From: Candidatus Gottesmanbacteria bacterium RIFCSPLOWO2_01_FULL_43_11b | Lineage (GTDB): Bacteria > Patescibacteriota > Microgenomatia > UBA10105 > UBA927 | Reading direction: 5' to 3' | Length of the DNA: 64,000 bases | NCBI GenBank assembly: GCA_001780985.1 | Contig: MFJV01000001.1 | Span: forward strand, 913,609-977,608 | Shown here: one piece after another, positions 35,452 to 45,339 of the stretch | Layout of the letters: each line of letters begins with the position of its first letter | How positions within the stretch are numbered: position 1 is the first letter of the stretch | The notes under the pieces: model-generated | Told to the model about the DNA's origin: nothing | The model's database searches: none | What the model saw: only the letters and a program-made list of their open reading frames with translations | Position numbers and translations under genes: made by a program

Positions 35452-36560
35452 TATCATGCGCGTTGTCGCCTAATACTGAAATTGATGATGTTTTCCTTGC
35501 GCTACAAACAATCTGCACACCATGGAAATGGAAATATGGCAAAGCGATAGACAAAGTGGAGAAAAAACTGGGCGCTATTACATTTAATAGCGGCAGATCT
35601 GCATTCCTCGCTCTCCTTGAGGCATTTGATATAGGAGAGGGTGATGAAGTAATTGTTCAGGCATTCACCTGCGTTGCCGTACCCAATAGTGTTCTTTGGG
35701 CTGGAGCAAAACCGGTTTTTGCAGATATAGATGAGACGTATAATATTGATCCTAAAGACATCGAGAAAAAAATCACAAAAAAAACGAAAGCAATAGTTGT
35801 GCAACATACTTTTGGAATTCCTGCCGACATGAATGCTATTCTTGCTCTCTCAAAAAAACATAACGTTTTTGTCATAGAAGATTTTGCTCACACGATGTCT
35901 ATACCTATGAGGGGTGATGCGGCATTTTTCAGCTTTGGCAGGGACAAGGTACTTTCGAGCGTGTGGGGTGGGGCAGCCTCAATAAGTTCAAAGTTAAAAG
36001 TTCAAAGTGAAAAGTTAAAAGAATTTCAATCCAATCTTCTGGTGCCGGGAAATTTTTGGATATTTCAACAACTTTTGCACCCAATCGCCTTCTCTATCAT
36101 CCTTACATTGTACGACGTCATCATAGGAAAACTATTTCTTGTCTTGCTTCAAAAACTGAGATTGCTATCGTTTCCGGTCTATAAAGAGGAAAAATCCGGC
36201 GGTCAGCCAAGTGATTTTCCGGCCAAATATCCAAATGCGTTGGCGTGTTTACTATTAAATCAACTCAAGAAACTTGATCGGTATACAGAAAAAAGAGAAC
36301 AAGCCGTGCGTTTCTATGGTGGAAAACTACCGTTATTGCGATACCCAATGCGTGTTAATGAACCTGAAAAAATAATTCAAAGGGCAAAAGAACACGGTGT
36401 TCTTCTTGGGAATTGGTACCACAATGTCATTGATCCCCAAGGGGTAACGTACCGGGCAGCCAATTGTCCGAAGGCAGAAGAGGCGGCAGCTCACATTATA
36501 AATCTGCCAACACTTATTTCTATTGCTGAGGCGAAGCGGGTATGGAAACACTTATCGTAG
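35436..36560 (+). CDS. DegT/DnrJ/EryC1/StrS-family PLP-dependent sugar aminotransferase
   Basis: Fold-type I aminotransferase pattern with the FSFGRDK lysine region. Confidence 0.6.
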   Translation: MFRKIISCALSPNTEIDDVFLALQTICTPWKWKYGKAIDKVEKKLGAITFNSGRSAFLALLEAFDIGEGDEVIVQAFTCVAVPNSVLWAGAKPVFADIDETYNIDPKDIEKKITKKTKAIVVQHTFGIPADMNAILALSKKHNVFVIEDFAHTMSIPMRGDAAFFSFGRDKVLSSVWGGAASISSKLKVQSEKLKEFQSNLLVPGNFWIFQQLLHPIAFSIILTLYDVIIGKLFLVLLQKLRLLSFPVYKEEKSGGQPSDFPAKYPNALACLLLNQLKKLDRYTEKREQAVRFYGGKLPLLRYPMRVNEPEKIIQRAKEHGVLLGNWYHNVIDPQGVTYRAANCPKAEEAAAHIINLPTLISIAEAKRVWKHLS

Positions 36561-37093
36561 GGGCTATGGCGACCAATTGTTACATCGTCGATGGGATTAT
36601 TATAGATCCGGGAGATGATGCAGAATATATAATGGCGCACGTTAAAAATCCTAAAATGATTATTGCAACCCACGGTCATTTTGACCATATTATGGCAGCG
36701 TATGCCCTCCAGCTTGCCTACAATATTCCCTTTTATATTCACCAGGATGATATATTTCTCCTAAAAACTATGCGCTCTTCTGCGCAACATTTTTTAGGAT
36801 TAAAAGATGTCGATCCACCCCCTACACCCTCACTCATTCGTGATATAGAATTTATTCATACCCCAGGACATACTCCGGGAAGTATGTGTTTAAAGTTTGG
36901 AGATGCGTTATTCGTCGGCGATACAATATTTGCCGACGGCAGTGTCGGTCGCACCGATTTTTCATATTCAGATCCTGAAAAACTCGAACTTTCGTTAAAA
37001 ACTATTTTGTCTTATCCAAAAAACACAAAACTATACCCAGGTCACGGCGAAGAGACAACGGTTGAAGCTGAAACTACATACCATCGTGTATAA
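36542..37093 (+). CDS. MBL-fold metallo-hydrolase
   Basis: ATHGHFDH (HxHxDH) motif. Confidence 0.75.
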   Translation: METLIVGAMATNCYIVDGIIIDPGDDAEYIMAHVKNPKMIIATHGHFDHIMAAYALQLAYNIPFYIHQDDIFLLKTMRSSAQHFLGLKDVDPPPTPSLIRDIEFIHTPGHTPGSMCLKFGDALFVGDTIFADGSVGRTDFSYSDPEKLELSLKTILSYPKNTKLYPGHGEETTVEAETTYHRV

Positions 37094-37104
37094 TACCTAT
37101 ATAT

Positions 37105-37443
37105 ATGTTTGTGATAATCGCAAACTGGTTTATTAGTGCAATAGCCCTCTATATCGTTTCAAGACTTATTTCCGGCATTACACTTTCTGATTTTGGAAGT
37201 GCATTGGTTGCTGTTGTTATCATCGGTCTTGTCAATGCACTGATAAAACCATTATTTCTTCTCTTGACTCTCCCAATTAATATTTTGAGTCTTGGGCTTT
37301 TTACATTCGTCATTAACGCCGCAATGCTCATGCTTGCAGGAAATCTCACACCCGGCTTTCAAGTGAACGGATTCGGCACTGCACTTGTTGGCTCAATACT
37401 TCTCTCTGTTATCACAATGCTTCTCCATTCTTTGGTGAAATAG
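37105..37443 (+). CDS. 4-TM holin-like family protein (PF04020-like)
   Basis: 112 aa with four predicted TM helices; glycine-rich loops. Confidence 0.5.
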   Translation: MFVIIANWFISAIALYIVSRLISGITLSDFGSALVAVVIIGLVNALIKPLFLLLTLPINILSLGLFTFVINAAMLMLAGNLTPGFQVNGFGTALVGSILLSVITMLLHSLVK

Positions 37444-37444
37444 T

Positions 37445-38365
37445 ATGACACCTCAAATATGGGAACAATTCCTCATAAAATATAGCCCCAGCGCTCTTTT
37501 TCAATCGTGGAAGTGGGGAGAAGTTGAGAAAAAACTGGGAAACAAAATTTGGAGATTAGAGTGGGAGGACGATGCAATTGCACTGGTTGTTAAAGTAACC
37601 GCGCGGCGCGGAACGTTTTTACATATACGCCACGGACCAGTGGTTTCTGATAAGAGATATTTCAAAAAAATTCTTTCAGACTTAATAGAACTTGCAAAGA
37701 AGGAACACGCATGGTTTGTGCGAATTAGCCCTCAAGTACAGTCACTTCCTGATTTGGGATTAGTATCTGCTCCGATTCATGCCATGGACGCGGAACTTTG
37801 CTGGGTTTTGGATTTGGACAAAAGCGAAGAGGATCTTCTTAGTAACATGCGTAAAACCACTCGCTATGAAATTAAACATGCTCAAGAAGTAACTGTTGAA
37901 AAAACCAAGAAATTAGAACGGTTTTTTCATCTCTACGATGCGACGAGTACGCGGCATAAATTTGTACAGCATACGGGGATTCGTGAAGAATTTGAAACAC
38001 TTGATGCAGAACTTTTTGTAGCATCACATCAAGGGACTGATTTAGCAGCAGCTATCATCGTTTATTATGGTGATCAGGCAATCTACCGCCACGGCGCCTC
38101 TCTTCCATCAAAAGTTCCTGCTTCATATACAACCCAATGGGAGGCAATCCGTGAAGCTAAATATAGAGGTAAAAAATTGTACAATTTTTGGGGTATAGCG
38201 CCTGAGGATAAACTAAATCATCCATGGAGAGGAATAACACTGTTCAAAAAGGGCTTTGGAGGGAGGGAAATTAAGTATATCCACGCTCAAGACTTGCCTA
38301 TTTCACCACTCTATACGATTACACGATCGGTTGAGACAATGAGGAGGATTGTCAAAGGGTATTAA
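37445..38365 (+). CDS. FemAB-family peptidoglycan aminoacyltransferase
   Basis: FLQSWKWGEVK N-terminal signature of the FemABX (GNAT-like) family; about 306 aa. Confidence 0.65.
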   Translation: MTPQIWEQFLIKYSPSALFQSWKWGEVEKKLGNKIWRLEWEDDAIALVVKVTARRGTFLHIRHGPVVSDKRYFKKILSDLIELAKKEHAWFVRISPQVQSLPDLGLVSAPIHAMDAELCWVLDLDKSEEDLLSNMRKTTRYEIKHAQEVTVEKTKKLERFFHLYDATSTRHKFVQHTGIREEFETLDAELFVASHQGTDLAAAIIVYYGDQAIYRHGASLPSKVPASYTTQWEAIREAKYRGKKLYNFWGIAPEDKLNHPWRGITLFKKGFGGREIKYIHAQDLPISPLYTITRSVETMRRIVKGY

Positions 38366-38385
38366 GAATGTAGTACAATCGTTTT

Positions 38386-38754
38386 ATGCGGGAGATACTG
38401 CGTAAACATCACATATCCTTCAAAAACGCATTTGCCGGGATCTTTTGGAGTCTGCGGACACAACCAAATTTCCGTGTGCATATTTTCCTCTCTACCCTTG
38501 CCTTGATTCTCGCCTGGTATTTACGTATTTCTCGATTAGAAACACTCGTAATTATTTTTACGATAATTCTTGGTTTAACCGCTGAGATGATTAATACCTC
38601 ACTTGAATCCATGACTGATTTAATTACCAAAGAATGGAAATCTGAAGCCAAGGTTGCTAAAGACGTCTCAGCAGGTATGATGCTCACAGTAGCAATAGGA
38701 GCCGTGATTATTGCGGCGTTTATTTATGTACCCTACTTATGGAAATTCTTTTAG
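38386..38754 (+). CDS. dgkA: diacylglycerol / undecaprenol kinase
   Basis: Three TM helices plus the DgkA signature (FRVHIF...GLTAEMINTSLE). Confidence 0.7.
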   Translation: MREILRKHHISFKNAFAGIFWSLRTQPNFRVHIFLSTLALILAWYLRISRLETLVIIFTIILGLTAEMINTSLESMTDLITKEWKSEAKVAKDVSAGMMLTVAIGAVIIAAFIYVPYLWKFF

Positions 38755-39785
38755 GTCTGCTTTTGTTTTCGTGGCTGATATCCAGCATTCTCTATATTCC
38801 TTTCATTAAGCTTCTCTATAAATGGAGGTTTCAACGTCTCCGCCAGACAACGCGTGACGCATTTAATAAACGAACTCCCATTTTTGACCGCTTCCATGCA
38901 AAAAAAGCAGGAACACCGGTCGGTGGAGGACTCCTTATAATTCTCGTGGCAACCGTGCTTTTTCCTCTCGTACTTATTTTGATGCGCTATTTCTGGATTC
39001 CTATTTCATCAGTCTACCCGCTTTCAAGCGAGATTAAAATATTACTCTTTACGTTCGTTTCATTCGGCGTACTGGGACTTCTCGATGATATTAAAAAGAC
39101 GTTTCTTTGGGTAAAGCCGAAGTTTTTTGGGCTACGTCTTCGGCATAAATTATTTCTTGAAATAGTTCTTGCCGCAATTGTTTCGTTTTGGATGATGTTC
39201 GAGCTTAAAATTAGTATCTTCTATATTCCCGGATTTGGTGTCATTGAGCTCGGGTGGTGGTATATACCATTTGCCGTATTTGTCATTATTGCATTTGCCA
39301 ATGCATTCAATATTACCGATGGTTTAGATGGGCTCGCTTCCGGGGTACTCATGGTTGCCCTCATGGCGTTTTGGTTTTTATCAGCCTCAATTCTCGATAC
39401 ACCGCTTTCCGTTTTTATCGCATTGTGGCTCGGCGCCCTTCTTTCTTTCCTCTACTTCAATATCCACCCTGCAAGGATTTTTTTAGGTGATGTGGGCGCT
39501 TTATCCTTTGGGGCAACGTTTGCCGTTGTTGGGCTTATTTTAGGGAAAGCGCCGGCACTTGTTGTCATCGGAGCTATTTTTGTCGTTGAGGCTGCCTCTT
39601 CCCTCCTTCAGCTTACGTCAAGATCAGTGTTAAATAAAAAAATATTTGCCGTTGCGCCGTTTCACCTCTGGCTCCAATTGAAGGGATGGGAAGAATCAAA
39701 AATAGTCATGCGCTTCTGGATTATTGCAATTGTGTTGGCAATTTTTGGTTTATGGCTAGCATTACTCATAAAACCCACCGTCTAA
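38739..39785 (+). CDS. mraY: phospho-N-acetylmuramoyl-pentapeptide transferase
   Basis: NAFNITDGLDGLASG motif. Confidence 0.85.
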   Translation: MEILLGLLLFSWLISSILYIPFIKLLYKWRFQRLRQTTRDAFNKRTPIFDRFHAKKAGTPVGGGLLIILVATVLFPLVLILMRYFWIPISSVYPLSSEIKILLFTFVSFGVLGLLDDIKKTFLWVKPKFFGLRLRHKLFLEIVLAAIVSFWMMFELKISIFYIPGFGVIELGWWYIPFAVFVIIAFANAFNITDGLDGLASGVLMVALMAFWFLSASILDTPLSVFIALWLGALLSFLYFNIHPARIFLGDVGALSFGATFAVVGLILGKAPALVVIGAIFVVEAASSLLQLTSRSVLNKKIFAVAPFHLWLQLKGWEESKIVMRFWIIAIVLAIFGLWLALLIKPTV

Positions 39786-40843
39786 CCCCCCCTGATTACT
39801 GGTTAACGGTCGTGACCATTATCCTGAGTATTTTCGGCCTCATCATGGTCTATGATTCCTCTGTTGCTATTGCACTTCGGGATTTTTCAGACCAATATCA
39901 CTTTGTCCGTGAGCAGATTCGATGGTTTTTTGTCGGAAGTATTGCCCTTATAATTGGTTCGTTTTTTGACTATCACCGCCTGTATAAGCTCGCAGTTCCT
40001 TTACTTCTTGTAACGCTTTTTCTTCTCCTTCTCGTATTTATTCCTAGTATAGGGATTGCCGCATTAGGAGCTCATCGTTGGATTAATTTTGGTTTCTTTG
40101 TTTTTCAGCCGGCGGAACTTGCCAAACTTAGCCTTATTATTTATCTGGCAGCATGGTTTTCATATCCTGAAAAAGGAAGAATCTTGCCATTTCTCTTTTT
40201 ACTGGGTTTAGTTATTGGATTAGTTGTTGCTGAGCCGGATTTAGGAACGGCGTTTATTATTTTAATGATCGCGCTCACCATGTATTTTTTTTCAGGCGCA
40301 TCTTTATGGCAATTTGCACTGCTTATTCCGGCCTTAGCTACATCTGTCGGTGCACTTGCGGTATTTTCTCCGTATCGACTCAGGCGTATTACTACATTTT
40401 TTAATTCAGATATAGACCCTCTGGGGGCTTCATATCAAATCCGTCAAGTACTTCTTGCTTTAGGATCCGGCGGATTATGGGGTCTGGGTCTTGGGAAATC
40501 ACGCCAGAAGTACGAATACCTTCCTGAGGCCAATACGGATTCAATTTTTGCAATTATTGGAGAAGAGATAGGGTTTATCGGTGCAGCAGCAGTCATTTTC
40601 CTTTTTTTATTCCTCGTATGGCGGGGATTCCGTATCGCAAGACGCGCCCCGGATACGTTTGGGAAGCTCCTTGCTCTCGGAATTTCTTCCTGGATTGGCC
40701 TCCAGGCGCTTGTAAACCTCGGGGCGATGGTTGCACTCATTCCCTTAACAGGCGTCCCATTGCCGCTTATTTCATACGGCGGATCAAGTTTGATTCTTAT
40801 GCTTTTTGGTATTGGTATACTTTTAAATATAAGTAGGCAATGA
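39752..40843 (+). CDS. ftsW: SEDS-family peptidoglycan glycosyltransferase / lipid II flippase FtsW
   Basis: 10-TM SEDS signature; position between mraY and murG; start taken at ATG 39752. Confidence 0.75.
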   Translation: MASITHKTHRLTPPDYWLTVVTIILSIFGLIMVYDSSVAIALRDFSDQYHFVREQIRWFFVGSIALIIGSFFDYHRLYKLAVPLLLVTLFLLLLVFIPSIGIAALGAHRWINFGFFVFQPAELAKLSLIIYLAAWFSYPEKGRILPFLFLLGLVIGLVVAEPDLGTAFIILMIALTMYFFSGASLWQFALLIPALATSVGALAVFSPYRLRRITTFFNSDIDPLGASYQIRQVLLALGSGGLWGLGLGKSRQKYEYLPEANTDSIFAIIGEEIGFIGAAAVIFLFLFLVWRGFRIARRAPDTFGKLLALGISSWIGLQALVNLGAMVALIPLTGVPLPLISYGGSSLILMLFGIGILLNISRQ

Positions 40844-41889
40844 AAATACTTATTACCGGCGGCCATATTACCCCAGCGCTTGCTGTTGCGGAAGAAATAA
40901 GGGAGCGATACCCGGACTGGGAATTAGTGCTCGTGGGGCGCCGGTTTTCTCTGGAAGCGAATAAAATTCAATCAGAAGAGGAGCGGTTAGCAAAAAAATA
41001 CAACCTTGAATTTATCCCATTTAAAACAGGAAGATTCACCCGTGCATTTGCCCTCACAACACTTATCTCTTTATCTAATGTACCCGTCGGATTTATTAGC
41101 GCAATCAACATTGTTTCCTCAGTCCGCCCGAACCTCATTATTTCTTTTGGTGGTTACATAGCGCTTCCCGTCGTTATTGCCGGAAAACTCATGGGAATTC
41201 CGACTGTCACACATGAGCAGACGCGTAAACGCGGACTTTCGAACAGAATTATTGGTCTTTTTGCCCGTAAAGTTTGCGTGAGCTACCCTGATCAAAAAGG
41301 AGTCTATACAGGATTACCCATACGAAGAAGTATTTTTGAAAAATCGAAACCACCTGCAGGAGTTGATTCCAAGCGCCCGTTATTGTTTTTTTCCGGCGGT
41401 AGCACCGGATCGCAATCATTGAACACAATTTTTTTTGAATGTATTACTCTGCTAACCAAGCGATACATGGTCGTCCACCAAACGGGGAGAGCGTCAGAAT
41501 CAAAACAAATGGAGAACTACCAATCGTTTCCATACATAGATTTACCCGAGTATGCATGGATTTTACAAAATGCAAAACTCATTATCGGAAGAAGCGGAGC
41601 AAACACAGCAGGAGAAGTAGCGGCTCTTGGGAAAGTTGCACTCTGGATTCCGCTTCCGTGGTCAGGTGCGAATGAACAATACGAAAACGCTGCATTTCTT
41701 GTAAATAAAGGAACAAGCGAGCTCATACAACAAAAAAATCTTACCCAAGCCACTCTCATAAGTATGATTGAAAAAATGGTGAGTAATTATGAATCCTACA
41801 AAAACAATGCGGAAAAATACTCACGGGAGATTTCCCGGAACGCCGCCGGAAAGCTTGTTGACGAAATAGTAAAACTCCCGGAAGTATGA
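40840..41889 (+). CDS. murG: UDP-GlcNAc:lipid I GlcNAc transferase
   Basis: MKILITGGHITPALAV N-terminus (GT28); position in the dcw cluster. Confidence 0.8.
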   Translation: MKILITGGHITPALAVAEEIRERYPDWELVLVGRRFSLEANKIQSEEERLAKKYNLEFIPFKTGRFTRAFALTTLISLSNVPVGFISAINIVSSVRPNLIISFGGYIALPVVIAGKLMGIPTVTHEQTRKRGLSNRIIGLFARKVCVSYPDQKGVYTGLPIRRSIFEKSKPPAGVDSKRPLLFFSGGSTGSQSLNTIFFECITLLTKRYMVVHQTGRASESKQMENYQSFPYIDLPEYAWILQNAKLIIGRSGANTAGEVAALGKVALWIPLPWSGANEQYENAAFLVNKGTSELIQQKNLTQATLISMIEKMVSNYESYKNNAEKYSREISRNAAGKLVDEIVKLPEV

Positions 41890-42545
41890 AATTCATAAGA
41901 AGGAAAAAAATCGGACGTATTATTTTTGCCATTCTCATTGTCATAGGAATCACCATCGGATTGTGGATTGCAGTCCGGGATCTTTTTCAAATTACTCATG
42001 TAGAAGTTATCGGAGCTCAGATTGACGTACGAATTGACCAGGAAAAGATGAACAAGAATCTTCTTTTTTTCCCCACACAAAAAATACGGACGCAACTTTT
42101 AAGTCAGAATCCTCTTGTTGAAAATATAGAAATTCAAAAAAAATTTCCTCATACAATACGGATTATCGTAACCTCACGAATGCCTATTGCCCGTGTTGCA
42201 CTTTCGGATCGCACAGTTTTGGTCGATCGAGAGGGTGTTGTCATTGGACTTTCCGGTGACGCTGATAATTTTCCTTTACTTTCTCTTAACAATGATGAAT
42301 CTCTCCTTATTGAAAGCCTTGAAATAGTAGCAGGTATGGAACAAGGAGAATTACTTTCGATAACAAAGATTGATAACGCGACCTTACTTGCTAAATCGAC
42401 AACAACAGATATATATTTTCCTCAAAGTGATCAGATTCAAAATAAAGTGGCTACTTTACAAAGCATCTTGAGCGGGTTTAGAATAAAAGGAACTCTGCCC
42501 AAAGTAATAGATCTCCGGTTTGAAAAACCAATAGTAACCTTTTAA
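41886..42545 (+). CDS. ftsQ: cell-division protein FtsQ/DivIB (POTRA domain)
   Basis: N-terminal TM then a POTRA-like domain; canonical position upstream of ftsA. Confidence 0.65.
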   Translation: MKFIRRKKIGRIIFAILIVIGITIGLWIAVRDLFQITHVEVIGAQIDVRIDQEKMNKNLLFFPTQKIRTQLLSQNPLVENIEIQKKFPHTIRIIVTSRMPIARVALSDRTVLVDREGVVIGLSGDADNFPLLSLNNDESLLIESLEIVAGMEQGELLSITKIDNATLLAKSTTTDIYFPQSDQIQNKVATLQSILSGFRIKGTLPKVIDLRFEKPIVTF

Positions 42546-42549
42546 GTAT

Positions 42550-43848
42550 ATGGCGCGAACGAGCACAATAACCGGTATAGATGTAGGAACATCAAAAATA
42601 ACTACGCTCGTTTCTTCTATAGGCGAAGAAGGTGAAGCCCGTGTCATTGGAGTATCCACAGCAGTAAGCCGCGGCCTTCGGAAAGGCCAGGTTGTTAATA
42701 TTGAGGAAGCAACAGCTGCAATATCTTCATCTCTGGAAGGGACTGAACGGATGGCAGGGTCATCCATAGGCCGGGCATATGTTTGTGTAGGTGGAGCACA
42801 TATAGCATCGATTAATTCACACGGAGTAGTTGCGGTAGCAGAACCTGAACGGGAAATTACGGAGTTTGATATAAAAAGAGTCATCGATGCGGCAAAAGCA
42901 GTCTCCCTTCCATCTTCCCGTGAAATTCTCCATGTGTTGCCGCGAGGATATGTAGTCGATGGTCAGGAGGGAATTGTTGACCCAATTGGCATGACAGGGA
43001 TTCGGCTTGAGGTCGATACCCACATTGTGACAGGAGGGGCAACGGCGATACGAAACTTACGTAAATGCGTTGAAGAACTGGGAGTTGAAGTTTCAGGGAT
43101 GGTATTTAGCGGACTGGCATCAGCTGCAGCAAGTTTGTCAGATACGGAAAAGGAGCTGGGTGTAATTTTAATTGATATTGGAGGCGGCACGACCGACGTT
43201 GCAATATTTGTTGAAGGAGCACTTTCCTACTCGTCAGTTATTCCGATAGGTGCCATAAATATCACAAAAGATTTAGCAGCGGGGCTTCGCGTGTCGCTCG
43301 AAAGCGCTGAAAAAATAAAGTTGGCATTGGGGGAGGCGCCAAAATTGCCGGCAATCCTTGAAGAAGAAAGTGTAAAAGGGGGAAAATCGGATAAGACCGA
43401 TGAAATTGATCTTACCAAACTGGGACTACCTGAAGAACTCAAAACTGTCTCGAAGAAGACGTTGGTCGAAGGGATAATTAAACCACGACTTAATGAAATA
43501 TTCACAATGGTTGGCCTTGAGATAAAACGGAGTGGATTTGGCGGAATGACGCCATCGGGAATTGTATTAACAGGCGGAGGAGCCCAAACAGTCGGAGCGG
43601 TTGAGGCTGCACGAAGAAATCTGGCCATGCCGGTTCATGTCGGCATACCACAACATATTACAGGGCTTATTGATGAAATCATGAATCCTGCATATACTGC
43701 TTCTGTCGGGTTAATTCTCGGAAGTACGAAGACCGGTATGGGAGAAAGCTCATCAGGACTTTCAGGTTTTCGGAAAGTCGGAGAACGAATTCAAATAAAA
43801 GGAATGGCCGGAAAAGTCATTGATTTTGTGAAATCATTCTTGCCCTAA
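42550..43848 (+). CDS. ftsA: cell-division protein FtsA
   Basis: Actin-fold [11 protein letters not shown] phosphate-1 motif. Confidence 0.85.
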   Translation: MARTSTITGIDVGTSKITTLVSSIGEEGEARVIGVSTAVSRGLRKGQVVNIEEATAAISSSLEGTERMAGSSIGRAYVCVGGAHIASINSHGVVAVAEPEREITEFDIKRVIDAAKAVSLPSSREILHVLPRGYVVDGQEGIVDPIGMTGIRLEVDTHIVTGGATAIRNLRKCVEELGVEVSGMVFSGLASAAASLSDTEKELGVILIDIGGGTTDVAIFVEGALSYSSVIPIGAINITKDLAAGLRVSLESAEKIKLALGEAPKLPAILEEESVKGGKSDKTDEIDLTKLGLPEELKTVSKKTLVEGIIKPRLNEIFTMVGLEIKRSGFGGMTPSGIVLTGGGAQTVGAVEAARRNLAMPVHVGIPQHITGLIDEIMNPAYTASVGLILGSTKTGMGESSSGLSGFRKVGERIQIKGMAGKVIDFVKSFLP

Positions 43849-43882
43849 TGTACTAATTTTTCTGCCCCAAGATTTACTTTTT

Positions 43883-44998
43883 ATGCTCATAAAGCCCGAA
43901 ATTGCCCGCTTTGCAAAAATTAAAGTCGTTGGAATTGGTGGTGGTGGCTGTAATGCGGTTACTTCGATGATCAGTATAAGCCAAATTAATGGTGTTGATT
44001 TTATCGGCATTAATACAGACGCCCAAGCTCTCCTCATGTGTCAGGCTGCAACGAAGATTCAAATCGGAGAAAATTTAACGCGGGGCTTAGGAGCAGGGGG
44101 TGACCCGGAAATCGGAATAAAGGCAGCTGAAGAGTCTAAGGAAAAAATAAAAGAATACCTTCGCGATAGCGACATGGTGTTTCTTACCTGTGGCGAGGGA
44201 GGAGGAACAGGAACCGGTGCAACACCACTCATTGCTGAAATTGCAAAAGAGCTTGGCGCTTTGACAGTTGCTGTTGTTACAAAACCATTCCAATTTGAGG
44301 GCACGCGAAGGATGATAAATGCAGAAGAGGGAATTACAAACCTCAAAGATAAAGTGGATACCCTCATTGTCATTCCGAATCAACGACTCCTAGAGGTAAT
44401 TGATAAAAAAATGACCCTTCTTGAGGCATTTAGAGTTACAGACTCAGTATTATCTCAGGGTGTACAGGGTATTTCTGACCTTATTACCATGCCGGGGCTT
44501 ATTAACGTCGACTTTGCAGACGTACGAACCATTATGACGAGTGCAGGATCTGCACTTATGGGAATTGGAACCGGGGTCGGAGAAAATAGAGCCGCAACAG
44601 CAGCCAGGACTGCAATTGCCTCGCCGCTTCTTGAAATGTCGATTGAAGGGGCTAAGGGAGTGCTTTTCAATATTACCGGAGGCCCGGATCTCACCATGTC
44701 AGAAGTTGATGAGGCAGCCAAACAAATTGCTGCTGCAGTTGACCCGGATGCAAATATTATTTTTGGCGCGACCATTGACGAACATCTTGTTGATCAGGTA
44801 AAAATTTCAGTGATCGCAACAGGATTTGATGAAACGAGAAGGAGATTAAGGGAGCTTTCATCGCGGCCATCCCCCGTAGGCCAAGTTCCACCCCCACTAA
44901 CAACGACACAACAGCCTCCGGTAACACAACTCACGGATGATCTTCCTCCCGAAGAGGACGAATTCGACATCCCCGCATTCCTCCGTCAAAGAAGCTAG
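43883..44998 (+). CDS. ftsZ: cell-division GTPase FtsZ
   Basis: [10 protein letters not shown] and GGGTGTG tubulin-signature motifs. Confidence 0.9.
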   Translation: MLIKPEIARFAKIKVVGIGGGGCNAVTSMISISQINGVDFIGINTDAQALLMCQAATKIQIGENLTRGLGAGGDPEIGIKAAEESKEKIKEYLRDSDMVFLTCGEGGGTGTGATPLIAEIAKELGALTVAVVTKPFQFEGTRRMINAEEGITNLKDKVDTLIVIPNQRLLEVIDKKMTLLEAFRVTDSVLSQGVQGISDLITMPGLINVDFADVRTIMTSAGSALMGIGTGVGENRAATAARTAIASPLLEMSIEGAKGVLFNITGGPDLTMSEVDEAAKQIAAAVDPDANIIFGATIDEHLVDQVKISVIATGFDETRRRLRELSSRPSPVGQVPPPLTTTQQPPVTQLTDDLPPEEDEFDIPAFLRQRS

Positions 44999-45010
44999 CC
45001 ACGAATCCCT

Positions 45011-45319
45011 ATGATTAATCTTGAATGTCTAAGGGATTGTGAAGCCGCTTGTTGCAAAAAACAACATAACCACCGAGTGACATTTGACTTCAATGAACAA
45101 GAGGGTTCCATGTTTCAACAAAGAGGAGTTATATTAATTCCCCATGAGGGTGGAGGATTCACGATGCAAGAGGATTGTATTTTTTTACAAGGAAAATTAT
45201 GCACATTGCATGGACAACCAACTCAACCAAAATGCTGTGTAGATAACAAAGCAGGTGAAGAGTTATGTTTAAGGGTGAGAGAATCAGTTGCCGGTAAACG
45301 ATGGAGTGAAGTTGAATAA
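45011..45319 (+). CDS. YkgJ-family Cys-rich Zn/Fe-chelating protein (UPF0153)
   Basis: CLRDCEAACC N-terminal cysteine cluster and a second cluster (CTLHGQPTQPKCC); about 100 aa. Confidence 0.5.
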   Translation: MINLECLRDCEAACCKKQHNHRVTFDFNEQEGSMFQQRGVILIPHEGGGFTMQEDCIFLQGKLCTLHGQPTQPKCCVDNKAGEELCLRVRESVAGKRWSEVE

Positions 45320-45339
45320 TAGAAGTATGCGAACCTTCT

